Shown here: positions 49,903 to 61,100 of the stretch, piece by piece
How positions within the stretch are numbered: position 1 is the first letter of the stretch
Layout: every line of letters starts with the position of its first letter
The notes under the pieces: generated by a model
Told to the model about the DNA's origin: nothing
Database searches by the model: none
The model's input: the letters and a program-made list of their open reading frames with translations, nothing else
Translations under genes and position numbers: made by a program
NCBI GenBank assembly: GCA_963823335.1
Contig: CAWGLD010000001.1
Coordinates: forward strand, 992,001 to 1,056,000
Direction: 5' to 3'
Origin: an uncultured delta proteobacterium
GTDB lineage: Bacteria; Desulfobacterota; Desulfobacteria; Desulfobacterales; B30-G6
Length of the DNA: 64,000 nucleotides

Positions 49903-50667
49903 CTATTCTGCAACAATAAAGACATCCTTGAAACCGCGCTGGATAAGGGCTTTTTCAAATTCAACGGCTTGCTCTAAAGAAGACGCCTTGCCCACACGAA
50001 CCCGGTAAAGCATTGCCAGTCCATTATCATATTCGGAGACATGGGCGTTCTTGTAGGTTTGATCCAAAGTTTCTTTCAATCGAAGGGCGTTTTGTTTGTC
50101 ACTGAACGCACCGATTTGAAATGTAAAATTTCCTTTGTAGTAGTCCACGGGTTCGGATTTTTCTTTACTCCTGGGTGTTTGACGATTGTTCTGTTCCAAT
50201 GCAATGATGGCAACAGGTGCCGTACCCGATGTTGCGATATCAAGTTTTTGTGCTGCTGTATAAGAAAGATCGATAATTCGTCCTTGTACAAAAGGCCCCC
50301 TGTCATTGATTCTCACCGTGATCTCGGCACCGTTATCGAGATTTCTGACATGTACATGGGTTCCAAGGGGCAGTGTCTTGTGTGCTGCTGTCATGGCGTA
50401 CATATCGTAGATCTCACCGTTGGATGTCTTTTTGCCATGAAATTCTTTGCCATACCAGGATGCGATACCTTGTTGCTGAAATCCTCTGGCATGTGATACA
50501 GGCTGATACCACTTGCCGGCAACTCTATACGGTTTTGGTTTCCCAGGGATTTGGGTAGGAGCCGTTGGTGCCGTACTACACCCGGTCACGATTGCAACAG
50601 CCAGGCATCCTATCCAGAAGAAACGGCTGGTTATTTTTAAAGGAAAGAAGTGTTTTATTTTCGACAT
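49903..50667 (-). CDS. rlpA: Septal ring lytic transglycosylase RlpA with SPOR domain
   Basis: Lipobox, GIASWYG, TAAHKTLP, INDRGPF and SPOR QIGAF motifs. Confidence 0.94.
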   Translation of the reverse strand: MSKIKHFFPLKITSRFFWIGCLAVAIVTGCSTAPTAPTQIPGKPKPYRVAGKWYQPVSHARGFQQQGIASWYGKEFHGKKTSNGEIYDMYAMTAAHKTLPLGTHVHVRNLDNGAEITVRINDRGPFVQGRIIDLSYTAAQKLDIATSGTAPVAIIALEQNNRQTPRSKEKSEPVDYYKGNFTFQIGAFSDKQNALRLKETLDQTYKNAHVSEYDNGLAMLYRVRVGKASSLEQAVEFEKALIQRGFKDVFIVAE

Positions 50668-50673
50668 GGGTGA

Positions 50674-53022
50674 TTATTCCATGGCCAGCGTTAATACATC
50701 CTTCATTTTATCTACAAAATGAAAACGGATTTCCTTCTGAACTTTTTTGGGAATATCTACAAGATCCTTTTCATTTGAAAGCGGCATGATCAGCGTTTTT
50801 ATTCCGGATCTATGTGCGGCCAGGACCTTTTCCTTGATGCCACCGACTGGCAGCACCTGTCCCCGCAGGGTAATTTCACCCGTCATGGCAAGATTTCTAT
50901 GTATGACTTTATTTGTCAGCAATGATGTCAGGGCAGTGAGCATGGTTACACCGGCGGAAGGGCCGTCCTTTGGTATGGCTCCCGCGGGAACATGAATGTG
51001 AATGTCACTCTTTTCAAAAAAGTCTTCCTCTATTCCCAGGGCTTTGGCATTTGAGCGGATAAAGCTCAGGGCCGTTGTAGCTGATTCCTTCATGACATCA
51101 CCGAGTTGACCAGTCAGTGTAAGTCCTTTTTGACCTTTCATGGCGGTGGCTTCAATAAAAAGGATCTCACCACCGAAGGGTGTCCACGCAAGGCCCATGG
51201 CGATTCCTGGTGTCGATATCCTCGATTTTACCTCCGAAGAAAATCGGATAGGACCGAGATATTTTGAGATGTTGACGACTTTAATTGAAGCAGGGGGCCG
51301 ATCTTCTCCCTCTGCGATTTTGCTGGCCACGCCTCGGCAGATGGTGGCGATTTCCCGCTCGAGATTTCTCAGCCCGGCCTCTCGCGTATATCCGGTTATG
51401 ATCTGTTTTACAGCGCCCTTGGTAAAGGAGATCTGGTCTGATTTTAGACCATGCTCTTTGCGCTGCCGGGGAATAAGGTATCTGTTCGCAATCTTGATTT
51501 TTTCATCCAGGGTGTATCCAAGAAGCTGCAGGACCTCGATTCTATCCCGTAGCGCCGGTGGGATAGTGTCGAGGATGTTGGCTGTCGTGATGAACATAAC
51601 GCCGGAAAGGTCAAAAGGAACATCAAGATAATGATCTGAAAAGGAAAAATTTTGTTCCGGATCGAGCACTTCCAGCAATGCCGATGAAGGGTCGCCGCGA
51701 AAATCACTGCCGACTTTGTCAATTTCATCCAGCATAAAAACGGGATTGTTCGAGCCTGCTCTTCGGATACCTTGAATGATTCGGCCTGGCAGGGCGCCGA
51801 CATAGGTTCGTCGGTGCCCACGGATCTCCGCTTCATCCCGAACGCCACCCAAAGAAAGACGGATAAACTTGCGGCCAAGGGCCCTGGCAATAGAGCTGCC
51901 TAAAGACGTTTTTCCGGTTCCTGGTGGGCCGGAAAAACAAAGTATGGGACCTTTGGAGTCAGGTTTTAGCTTACGGACGGCCAGATATTCGATGATACGG
52001 TTTTTGGCTTTTTCCAATCCAAAATGATCTTCATCAAGGATTTTGCGAGCTGCTTTTATATCCAGAGTATCTTTGGTACTCTCTTGCCATGGCAGGGACG
52101 TCATCCAGTCGAGATAGGTGGAGGCCACCGTGTACTCAGCAGATGACGGGTGCATCCTGGACAATCGATTGAGTTCTCGCTCGGCCTCTTTTTTTGCTTC
52201 CTCGGGAAGACCTTTTTCCACTATTTTAGACTGATATTCTTCAACTTCAACCTTTGAATCATCTTGTTCACCCAATTCTTCTCTAATGGCTTTTAGCTGC
52301 TGCCGCAGATAATACTGCCTTTGGCTTTTATCCATATCGCCCTTAACCTGGGACTGTATTTTATTCCCAAGCTCAAGAATTTCCAACTGGTGGTTGATCA
52401 GCCTGGTAACTTCTTTTAAGCGCTTTTTGACATTGTCGATTTCAAGAACTGTCTGTTTTTCTTCGACAGAGGCATTGATACTGGAGACGACCATGTTGGA
52501 TAAAATGCCCGGTTCCTGAATCGATTTTGCCATGGAACTGATTTCCTGAGGAAGAACCGGTGAGAGTTCGACTACCTTGGCAAATAGATGGATGATATTG
52601 GTCATCAATGCTTCGGTCTGCGTATCGCTGGATTCTTTTTCCAGGAGATGCTCTACCTTTCCCATCAAATAGGGCTTGCTTTCCAGATAAGTGTCTATCT
52701 TAAACCGGCCAAGTCCCTGCACGAGAATCTGAGATTTATTCTCTTCTGTTTTTGCCATTTTGAGAATGAGGGCACTGGTGCCGATACGATATAGGTCTTC
52801 TGTAGAGGAGTTTCCTTCCCCGGGAGGGGTTTTTGATACCAAAAGGCCGATTATGCGATTGCTTGACATGGCTTCATCGATTAGTTGAACCGATTCTTTT
52901 TGCATGACTACCAGGGGCAGGACCATTTTTGGGAAAAGAACGGTATCAAATAGCGGCAGAATCGGTAAATTCTCAGGGAGCTTTTTAAGATCGACGTCAA
53001 AGCTTGGTTTTTGATCAGTCAT
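50674..53022 (-). CDS. lon: Lon protease
   Basis: LON N domain, [25 protein letters not shown] and GGIKEK motifs. Confidence 0.97.
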   Translation of the reverse strand: MTDQKPSFDVDLKKLPENLPILPLFDTVLFPKMVLPLVVMQKESVQLIDEAMSSNRIIGLLVSKTPPGEGNSSTEDLYRIGTSALILKMAKTEENKSQILVQGLGRFKIDTYLESKPYLMGKVEHLLEKESSDTQTEALMTNIIHLFAKVVELSPVLPQEISSMAKSIQEPGILSNMVVSSINASVEEKQTVLEIDNVKKRLKEVTRLINHQLEILELGNKIQSQVKGDMDKSQRQYYLRQQLKAIREELGEQDDSKVEVEEYQSKIVEKGLPEEAKKEAERELNRLSRMHPSSAEYTVASTYLDWMTSLPWQESTKDTLDIKAARKILDEDHFGLEKAKNRIIEYLAVRKLKPDSKGPILCFSGPPGTGKTSLGSSIARALGRKFIRLSLGGVRDEAEIRGHRRTYVGALPGRIIQGIRRAGSNNPVFMLDEIDKVGSDFRGDPSSALLEVLDPEQNFSFSDHYLDVPFDLSGVMFITTANILDTIPPALRDRIEVLQLLGYTLDEKIKIANRYLIPRQRKEHGLKSDQISFTKGAVKQIITGYTREAGLRNLEREIATICRGVASKIAEGEDRPPASIKVVNISKYLGPIRFSSEVKSRISTPGIAMGLAWTPFGGEILFIEATAMKGQKGLTLTGQLGDVMKESATTALSFIRSNAKALGIEEDFFEKSDIHIHVPAGAIPKDGPSAGVTMLTALTSLLTNKVIHRNLAMTGEITLRGQVLPVGGIKEKVLAAHRSGIKTLIMPLSNEKDLVDIPKKVQKEIRFHFVDKMKDVLTLAME

Positions 53023-53076
53023 TATTAACCCTCCAGCGGAAACCCTGTTGCATTAAAGTACCATTATCCCAAAAGA

Positions 53077-53526
53077 TTAACTTCTATCAGAAATTGGAAT
53101 TTTATAAGCTTTATCAATGTCGAGTTTGACCAGTCGAATTTCCAGAAAACCATTGGTATAAGAGGTTGATACGATTTCAGTATCGATGGGTACCGGGAGA
53201 TACAGCACTCTTTCAAAATTTCCATACTGAATTTCTGCCAGACGGTAAGTGGCATGGTCAATACGTGGGAGCTCTGAGCGTTTTCCTGTAAGCTTTATGG
53301 CCCGGTGGCTGACCTCTACGGCCAGGTTTTCTATATCAACGCCCGCAACTTCAGCCCGAACAATAATCTCTTCTTCGGTTTCATAGATATCGATCTGAGG
53401 ATGCCAGGTGCGTTCGGTAAGGGAAAACCTAGGGCTCATTGAGCGAAAAACATCTTCGATAGACCTCTCGATTTTTGAATGAAGCTGATCAACATCATTA
53501 CAAAAGCGTATTTTTATATAGCCCAT
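53077..53526 (-). CDS. Hsp20/alpha-crystallin small heat shock protein
   Basis: PQIDIYET, AEVAGV, YGNFER and YTNGFLEI motifs, directly upstream of lon. Confidence 0.92.
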   Translation of the reverse strand: MGYIKIRFCNDVDQLHSKIERSIEDVFRSMSPRFSLTERTWHPQIDIYETEEEIIVRAEVAGVDIENLAVEVSHRAIKLTGKRSELPRIDHATYRLAEIQYGNFERVLYLPVPIDTEIVSTSYTNGFLEIRLVKLDIDKAYKIPISDRS

Positions 53527-53724
53527 ATCCGACTCCTGTTTACCGTTTGCAAGGAGACTTTCCCCTAAGATGAGCGATTTCTATAAAATGTTTGGGAATT
53601 GAACACTCCCGGAACTCAAACCGCTCAGATTTGGTTTCTTGCACATATAGTTAACAGTAACCCGGATTTTTGTAAAGTAAAGATAGAATTTGCGCTTTGT
53701 GAGGAAGCTACCTATAATTGTGTG

Positions 53725-54873
53725 ATGGCTGATTACCAAAAGTATTCTCGCAGGGGAGTCATTTCTTTACAGTATTTTATCTACTTTGTTGTTTTGGGCG
53801 TAACCCTGCCCTATTTCAACTTGTATTGCCATCATCTTGGATTTAGCGGTATTCAAATCGGCGCGCTTTCTTCTATGCGGTCTATTCTATTAATAATCTT
53901 TGCGATTTTGTGGAGTGGTATTGCAGATAAGTATCAAATTAGAAAATCCATTTTTGTGGGCTGCAGTTGTGCGGGTACCCTTGTCTGGGCGCTCTATTTT
54001 TTCCACGATAGTTTTCTAACAATATTGATAATAACTAGTATTTACTCAGTTTTTAATGCGCCGATCATATCATTTCTGGAGGCGATGACCATTGAGGTTC
54101 TGGGCAGGGAAAAAAGCAGTTATGGTATCATCAGAGCCTGGGGGTCTATTGCTTTTATAGCCATGGTCCTGTTCATGGGCTATCTCATTGATGCGTTTTC
54201 AATCCGAATAATTCTGATGGCTGTTTTTATTGGATCCATTCTCCAGGCGGGTTTATCCCTGCAAATCCCGTATGTCCGCAGGGTCAGGACAGACAATTTC
54301 CGTTTAAACGCCGGTGTTTTTTTTCGAAAACGGGTGGTTGTCTTTTTATTGTGTGCCTTTCTGATGTTGATGAGCCATGGCACCTACTATGGATTCTTTT
54401 CGATACATCTTGAAAATCTGGGCTACGACAATGCGTTTATAGGGCTGGCCTGGGCGTTGGCATCCATTGCCGAGATAGTCGTCATGGTCCGTTCACGGTG
54501 GGTTTTCAGCAGGCTGTCCTACGAAAATGTTCTGATTCTTTCCTATGTGGTGGCAACGATTCGGTGGTTCTTGTCAGGCGTTGCCATGTCCCCTTATTGG
54601 ATTTTATTGTTGCAGATTACCCATTGTGTGACATATGGGTTGTTCCATATGGCAAGCATCCTATATATGGATTCGCTATCACCCGATGGCGCAAAGACAT
54701 TTGGCCAGGCGGTGAATAATGCGACGACGTATGGATTGGGACTAATGGCCGGATTTTTTGTCAGTGGCTTTTTATATGAGTACACCGGCGCAGTGACCAT
54801 GTTTTTCGTCAGTGGCTTGCTCTCAATGGTTGGGGGACTGATATTTGCAGTATATTCCAAATATTCGAGTTAA
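53725..54873 (+). CDS. MFS transporter (HcaT/NHS-like)
   Basis: About 12 TM, WSGIADK, YGIIRAWGS and LLQITH..TYG motifs. Confidence 0.88.
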   Translation: MADYQKYSRRGVISLQYFIYFVVLGVTLPYFNLYCHHLGFSGIQIGALSSMRSILLIIFAILWSGIADKYQIRKSIFVGCSCAGTLVWALYFFHDSFLTILIITSIYSVFNAPIISFLEAMTIEVLGREKSSYGIIRAWGSIAFIAMVLFMGYLIDAFSIRIILMAVFIGSILQAGLSLQIPYVRRVRTDNFRLNAGVFFRKRVVVFLLCAFLMLMSHGTYYGFFSIHLENLGYDNAFIGLAWALASIAEIVVMVRSRWVFSRLSYENVLILSYVVATIRWFLSGVAMSPYWILLLQITHCVTYGLFHMASILYMDSLSPDGAKTFGQAVNNATTYGLGLMAGFFVSGFLYEYTGAVTMFFVSGLLSMVGGLIFAVYSKYSS

Positions 54874-55589
54874 GTCTTTTTATCTGGAAAGAGCAGGTGG
54901 CGCATCCAGTTAAGCAGGCTGTTTTTTCCAAGAAGATCGCGATCAAAGCCATCAAAATCTTGAAGCAGTTTCTGCGGGTTTTTAAAAAAATGGGCTCTTG
55001 TAATCATTTTTATATTAGGATCGAGACGCTTGACGATTCTGGCGGGATTGCCCGCCGAAATGCAACCTGGTGGAATGTCGCTTACCACCACGGATCCGGC
55101 ACCGATGATACTGTTTTCACCGATAGAGACCCCCTTGCAGATAATGGCGCCTTCTCCCACCCAAACATTGTCCTCAATGTCAACAGGGGCTGTTTTCCCC
55201 ATGGCAATCCGGTTATAGATGTCATGCCAGTCTGAATCGGCAATATAGGAATTGCTTGCAATCATACAATTGTCGCCGATATTGATGCGCTCGGCAGAGC
55301 CGATACGGACCCCGGGGCAGATCATGCAATAGTTTCCAATATGAATGGACCCCTTTTCGGCGTTATTCGACCATACGGAAAGCCGGATTTTGTTGTCGGA
55401 AGAGGCTATCAGGGTGGCGCATTTCCCAATATGAATGGGTGTGCCGAAGATCTTGATATACCAGGGCTTCATAAATGTAAAATCCGTTCCCAGAGAGGAT
55501 AATTGCGGCTCGATGAAGTGCTTTACATATAGAGCCTGAATCCGGGTGTGGAGTTTTTTTACAAAATAAGGTCTGTGGTCTTTTCTCAA
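54870..55589 (-). CDS. Hexapeptide-repeat (LbH) acyltransferase
   Basis: IGNYCMI, IGDNCMI, DSDWH, IEDNVWVG, IGENSIIGAGSVV and GNPA motifs. Confidence 0.9.
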   Translation of the reverse strand: MRKDHRPYFVKKLHTRIQALYVKHFIEPQLSSLGTDFTFMKPWYIKIFGTPIHIGKCATLIASSDNKIRLSVWSNNAEKGSIHIGNYCMICPGVRIGSAERINIGDNCMIASNSYIADSDWHDIYNRIAMGKTAPVDIEDNVWVGEGAIICKGVSIGENSIIGAGSVVVSDIPPGCISAGNPARIVKRLDPNIKMITRAHFFKNPQKLLQDFDGFDRDLLGKNSLLNWMRHLLFPDKKT

Positions 55590-55666
55590 GTAGTTTTATC
55601 CTGCTGGTAATAGGTGACCAAATTTTTCGTAACGATCCATCTTGATTGATTTTTATTCAGCCATCC

Positions 55667-56716
55667 TCACGCGGATAGCTGAATAAATGGAAGCGTGTTC
55701 CAGAAATGATGATTGAACAGATGGCAGGCCGGTGTCATCTGGTATATTGCATCCGCAGCCATAAGCACAACGGCATTGCTCCAGGTGATTTTATCCTCAG
55801 GCCAGGTAATGATATCAGGGTAGGTAAAACCGCACCAATAGGAACCATCGTCGAATTTTCTGTCGCAAATCCAATTGAACACAATTCGTGAAAGATCGAC
55901 ATTTCCCATGGCGGTCAATGCCAGTGACAACTCGGAGGTTTCGGCAATTGTCACCCAGGGCTCGTCGGACACACACCGTACACCCTGGCCCCTGATGATA
56001 AATTTTTTCCAACAGGCGTCAATTCGTTTTTGTGCCTTGTTGCCGGTGAGGCAGCCTGAAAGTATAGGATAGAACCAGTCCATGGAAAATCGGGATTTGG
56101 TTATATTGAACAAATGGCTCTTGTTCCTGATGGCGTTGCCTAGTTTGAGCAACGCTGATTGCCAATCCGGTTTGGAACGGCCCAGTATTTTGGCAATATA
56201 CAGCGCACATTTAAGACTCATAAAAATTGAACTGGCACCTGTGAGAAGGGCCATTTTATCGACTTTTTCTTCGGGACTGATGGCCCAGTAAATTTCACCG
56301 TTAGGTGTTTGGAGACTGAGTGCAAACGCGATGCCGCCACACAGGGGTTGCCACATGGTTTTCAGAAATGCCGTGTCACCCGTCATGAGATAGTAATGAA
56401 ACAGGCCGACTGCCAAGTAGGAGGACATGTTGCTTTCTCTGGTTTTATCTTCAGGAATGCTGTTGATATAGGACGAGAACCAGCTGCCATCTTTGAGTTG
56501 CCTGTCTGCCAACCATCGATAAGCCTTTCTCGCTTCCTTGAAGCGTCCTCCAATGGAAAGCCCAATTGCCGCCTCAACGTGGTCCCATGGATCTGTTTTG
56601 GCGCCAGGGTTCCATGGGATTTCTCCATTTTCTCGCTGCGTATTGGCAATTAATGTTGTAATCGCTTCAACATCAACGACCGGTTCTATCTGTTTTTTGT
56701 ATGCATTTAAATTCAT
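55667..56716 (-). CDS. 'Prenyltransferase'-annotated alpha/alpha-toroid protein, MmpH-like glycoside hydrolase candidate
   Basis: GEIPW, DPWDHVE, QLKDGSW, ALLTG, FSMDWFYP, PWVTIAET, SYWCG and WPED motifs. Confidence 0.7.
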   Translation of the reverse strand: MNLNAYKKQIEPVVDVEAITTLIANTQRENGEIPWNPGAKTDPWDHVEAAIGLSIGGRFKEARKAYRWLADRQLKDGSWFSSYINSIPEDKTRESNMSSYLAVGLFHYYLMTGDTAFLKTMWQPLCGGIAFALSLQTPNGEIYWAISPEEKVDKMALLTGASSIFMSLKCALYIAKILGRSKPDWQSALLKLGNAIRNKSHLFNITKSRFSMDWFYPILSGCLTGNKAQKRIDACWKKFIIRGQGVRCVSDEPWVTIAETSELSLALTAMGNVDLSRIVFNWICDRKFDDGSYWCGFTYPDIITWPEDKITWSNAVVLMAADAIYQMTPACHLFNHHFWNTLPFIQLSA

Positions 56717-57032
56717 TTGAGTCCAAAGAGCTGAAGGTGGTTATTCTAAACGGTTTTGTGTTCCCGGTGTCAAAAGCTATCTGAGATTGAAATCCACCGC
56801 GTCTAATATTGAAAATATTATTATATAAAAACTTAACATATACTTTTAGATACGAATTCATGCAAGCGAATTCACTTTATCAATTGTTAAAAAATTGCTA
56901 TTTGAAATGACTGGTGCCTTTTTATTGGTACACCACTTTGTCAGGGATGTGTGTTCCAATAGTATAGAAGCCATCTCAATTTTTTTGAGAGGACTTTTAA
57001 TTTTATATAAAACATAGTCAAAGACGGATAAT

Positions 57033-58172
57033 ATGAATCAAACAACCGGAAAATCAAAAGTTCTCAGACGACTTTGGGGCTTGTTTCCCTGGGCTATTGT
57101 TCTGTGTGTCATCGTCTTCATTTTCAGCCTCTATCAGGATATCAAGACGGAGCGATCGAGACTGGAAAAAATCAAACAGGAAGCCATCATAAAGGATATT
57201 CCGTCTGTCAGGGTAATTACGCTGACTGTGATGCCCAGACGCCTGGAAGATAAGATTAAACTTCCGGGATATATTGAACCTGCAGAAGATCTTTGGGTAA
57301 AAACAGAGGTTTCTGGACAGGTTGTTAAAATTTTGACCAAAGAAGGGGCAAATGTCAAGCAAGGACAGTTGATTGCGCAGCTGGATGATCGTGATTACAG
57401 ATCCCGGCTTACCCGCATTGAAGCGAACCATCGGTTAGCCAAGTTGGAATACGACCGAATTTATTCTCTGGATAAAAAGAAGATTACAGCTGCAAGCAGG
57501 CTCGATGAAATCGAAGCCCGACTCAATGATGTATCTGCCCAACGGGATGAAGCTGAACTGGCCTTGAACAGAACCCGTATTCAGGCGCCCATGGAGGGGC
57601 AGATCAATGAGATCATCGCCAAGCAGGGTAGCTTTCTTAGCGTGGGAGATCCTGTGGCGCAAATACTTCGTGTATCGGATGTAAAGGTTACCGTGGGAAT
57701 TCCCGAAAGTGATGTCGCCTCTTTTTTAGACCTGAACGAAGCGACGGTGGTCATCGATGCACTCAAAAAGAGACGCATAACAGGCAAGAAGATATTCCTG
57801 TCCAGGCAACCCAGGAATCTGGCACGTCTGTTCGAGCTTGAACTGAAAATCCCAAATCCGGATGGTCATATTCTACCGGGCATGTTTGCTAGTGTTGAGC
57901 TTATCAGAGCTGTGCATGAAAAAGCGATCGTAATACCGCTTTACACGGTTATCACTCAGGGTGATGAACGGTTTGTATATATAGAAAATGACGGTTCAGC
58001 CCAAAAAACACCGGTTGTCATGGGACAGTTGGTGGACTGGCAGGTTCATATCACTTCCGGGATCTCTGCAAACGACAAGGTTGTTGTTGTGGGGCATCGG
58101 CTTTTAAATGATGGTCAGCCAATAGAAGTCATAAAGAATGTTTCGGATGTGCGGGAGATTTTGGCTTTATGA
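57033..58172 (+). CDS. RND efflux periplasmic adaptor (MFP)
   Basis: N-terminal TM, EVSGQV..EG..V..GQ, IQAPMEG and LPGMF motifs. Confidence 0.93.
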   Translation: MNQTTGKSKVLRRLWGLFPWAIVLCVIVFIFSLYQDIKTERSRLEKIKQEAIIKDIPSVRVITLTVMPRRLEDKIKLPGYIEPAEDLWVKTEVSGQVVKILTKEGANVKQGQLIAQLDDRDYRSRLTRIEANHRLAKLEYDRIYSLDKKKITAASRLDEIEARLNDVSAQRDEAELALNRTRIQAPMEGQINEIIAKQGSFLSVGDPVAQILRVSDVKVTVGIPESDVASFLDLNEATVVIDALKKRRITGKKIFLSRQPRNLARLFELELKIPNPDGHILPGMFASVELIRAVHEKAIVIPLYTVITQGDERFVYIENDGSAQKTPVVMGQLVDWQVHITSGISANDKVVVVGHRLLNDGQPIEVIKNVSDVREILAL

Positions 58173-61100
58173 TTGTTTCCGATCTGGCTGTTAAAAAAAG
58201 AACCAGTGTGATCGTGCTGGCACTCATGATTTTGGTTTTTGGTCCGCTGTCTTATTTTTCCATGCCAAGAGAGTCGGCGCCGGACATCACAATCCCTTTC
58301 GTGTTTATCATGACAAATTATGCCGGTGTTGCACCGGAGGATATTGAGAGCGCCATAACCATACCCATCGAAAAAAAACTCAAGGGTCTCGAGGGGGTGA
58401 AAAAAATCGAATCCTCCAGCACAGAGGGCAAGAGCTCTATTGTGATTGAATTTGTTGCTGGGACGGATATCGATGATGTTTTACCTAAGACAAAGGACAA
58501 AGTGGACCAGGCCAAAGCCGATTTGCCTCAGGATCTGGAAGACGACCCGGAGGTTATGGAAATCAATATATCCGAACTTCCAATCGTTATTTTTTCCTTG
58601 TCAGGAGAATGCGGTCTCGAGCGCCTGAAAGAGATTGCCGAAGATCTTGAAGAGGAGTTCGAGTCCATACCGGGTGTGCTTGAGGTAGATGTTACAGGTG
58701 GTTTGGAAAGGGAAATACGGGTCGAACCCTATCCGGACAAACTTGCTTACTTCGGTCTGTCTATTTTGATGCTTCAGGATGTTATCGCACAGGAAAACCA
58801 GAATGTATCCGGTGGTGCGATCAGAATGGGAGATGGCCGTTTCCAGCTGAGAGTTCCGGGAGAATTCAGTACACCGGAAGAGATTTATGGCCTGATCGTG
58901 GGTATACACGATGGCCAGCCGGTCTATCTGAGAGATGTGGCCCGTGTGGTGGACGGATTCAAGGATGAAGAGGGCCGTTCAAGATTGAATGGGCAGGAGG
59001 CAGTCAATATACAAATCAAGAAACGTGCCGGTGAGAACATACTTGATATTACAGACAAGCTGTCGGTCATTGTAGATGAGAAAAGACGCACCTGGCCCAC
59101 CGGAACGGAAATTACCAAGCTCATGGACCAGGCCAAAGACATCCGTATCATGGTGTCCGATCTGGAGAACAATATCATTACAGGTCTGATTCTTGTCATT
59201 TTCGTGTTGTTTTTTTTTCTGGGGGCCCGAAATGCGGTTCTGGTAAGCATGGCGATTCCCTTTTCAATGTTTATCTCCTTTGTGGTGTTGAGTGCCCTTG
59301 GTATCACATTGAACATGGTTGTTCTATTTTCCCTGACCTTGGCGCTGGGAATGCTGGTGGACAACGCCATTGTGATTGTCGAAAATATTTTCCGGTTTAT
59401 GGAGCAGGGGGTACCGAGAATACAGGCCGCCATGAAAGCAACAAGCGAGGTGGCACAACCTGTCATAGCGTCTACACTGACAACCCTGGCTGCCTTTTTC
59501 CCACTGATTTTCTGGCCGGGTATCATGGGGGAGTTTATGTCCTACCTGCCCATGACGGTCATTATTACGCTAACGTCCTCTCTTTTTGTTGCCATGGTCA
59601 TTAACCCTGCGCTTGCAGCCATCTTTCTGAAGTTGCCCTTTGGTCACCCATTTGAAAGGAAAAGGGCTACGGCGGAAGATATCGAAAAGGCCGGAGAGGC
59701 GCCGATTACGATCCGGGGCCCTCTCCTCAAAGGGTATCGCAGGCTTTTAGAAGGCGCTCTCAACCATCGACTGGCCGTTCTCTTTCTGGCCTTCCTTGCC
59801 GTTGTGGCCATGGCTCTGATCTGGACGTATCGAGTCGGTCTGGAAAAATCCATCGAGTTTTTTCCAAATATTGAGCCGAACAGCATATACATTAATTTGG
59901 ATGTCTCAGAAGGTGCCGACATTGATTTTTCCGATCGTATTTCCAGGCAGGTCGAAGCTGCCATCTGTAACAGCGCAGAACGGTCGATCGTCACGGCTCA
60001 GGTAGATCCTGCCGAGTGTTATTATGCTGATACCGACAAAAAAAATCATACACTTCGAGGTGGTAGACAATACACTGGTTTAACAGACCTGATAAACGTG
60101 AAGGACATTTATTCCCGAACGGTCGCGGTTATCGGTGGGAGTTCCATGTTCGAAAGCACATCACCCAACCATATTGGTATCCAGTTTCATGACCTGGAAG
60201 AGCGTCCGGAGTCCTCCTTTACGACGGTCGAAGAGATCAGAAAACGGATCAAAGATATTCCGGGGGCCCAAATAACCATCTCTGTCCAAGAGGAAGGCCC
60301 GCCCACAGGGGCGCCCATCAATATTGAAATTGCTGGAGATAACTTCGCCGTTCTCGGTCGTATATCCCAGGAGGTCACTAAGGTCTTGGGAAAAATACCT
60401 TTTGTGCAGGATATTCAGGATGATTTTGTTTCCGGAGCACCAACCGTGAGTGTCAGGGTTGACCGCCAGAAAGCGTCTTTGATGGGTTTGTCTACCGAGG
60501 TCATCGGGTTTGTTCTGAAAGTCGCATTCAATGGAACCAAAGTATCGACCTATCGTGAGGGAGATGAGGATTTCGATATTACAGTTCAACTCTCAGAAAA
60601 AGGCAGAAGGTCGACGGATATTCTTCGTGAACTACTTATTCCTACCAACAATGGGCTCATTCCGTTGAGCACGATTGCAAGTTTTGAAGTGACCGGGGGC
60701 CTGGGGCAGATCAACCGCGTAAATCATGAACGGGTCGTCACGGTAAAGGCCAATGTTGACGAAAAACATATTCCAAGTCCGGTGGTGAGGGCACAGGCGG
60801 AAAAAATCATGTCCAACATCAGTCTGCCGCCTGGGTATAAGATACGATTTACCGGAGAGCAGGAAGAACAGGAACAGGCGGAAGCTTTCTTGACAAAAGC
60901 CTTTGCCGCGGCTCTTTTTCTCATCATGCTCATTCTGGTCACCCAGTTTAACTCTATTGCCCAGCCATTGATTATCCTGACATCGGTCATTCTCTCTCTA
61001 GGGGGTGTTTTCTTGGGGCTTGCAGTGATGGAGTATCCCTTCGGCATCATCATGACAGGTGTCGGTGTCATTTCACTGGCGGGCGTCGTTGTCAACAATG

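Noticed and set aside
56790-57030. AT-rich stretch as a horizontally acquired island boundary
   Set aside because: It is a short divergent promoter region with no repeats or mobility genes.
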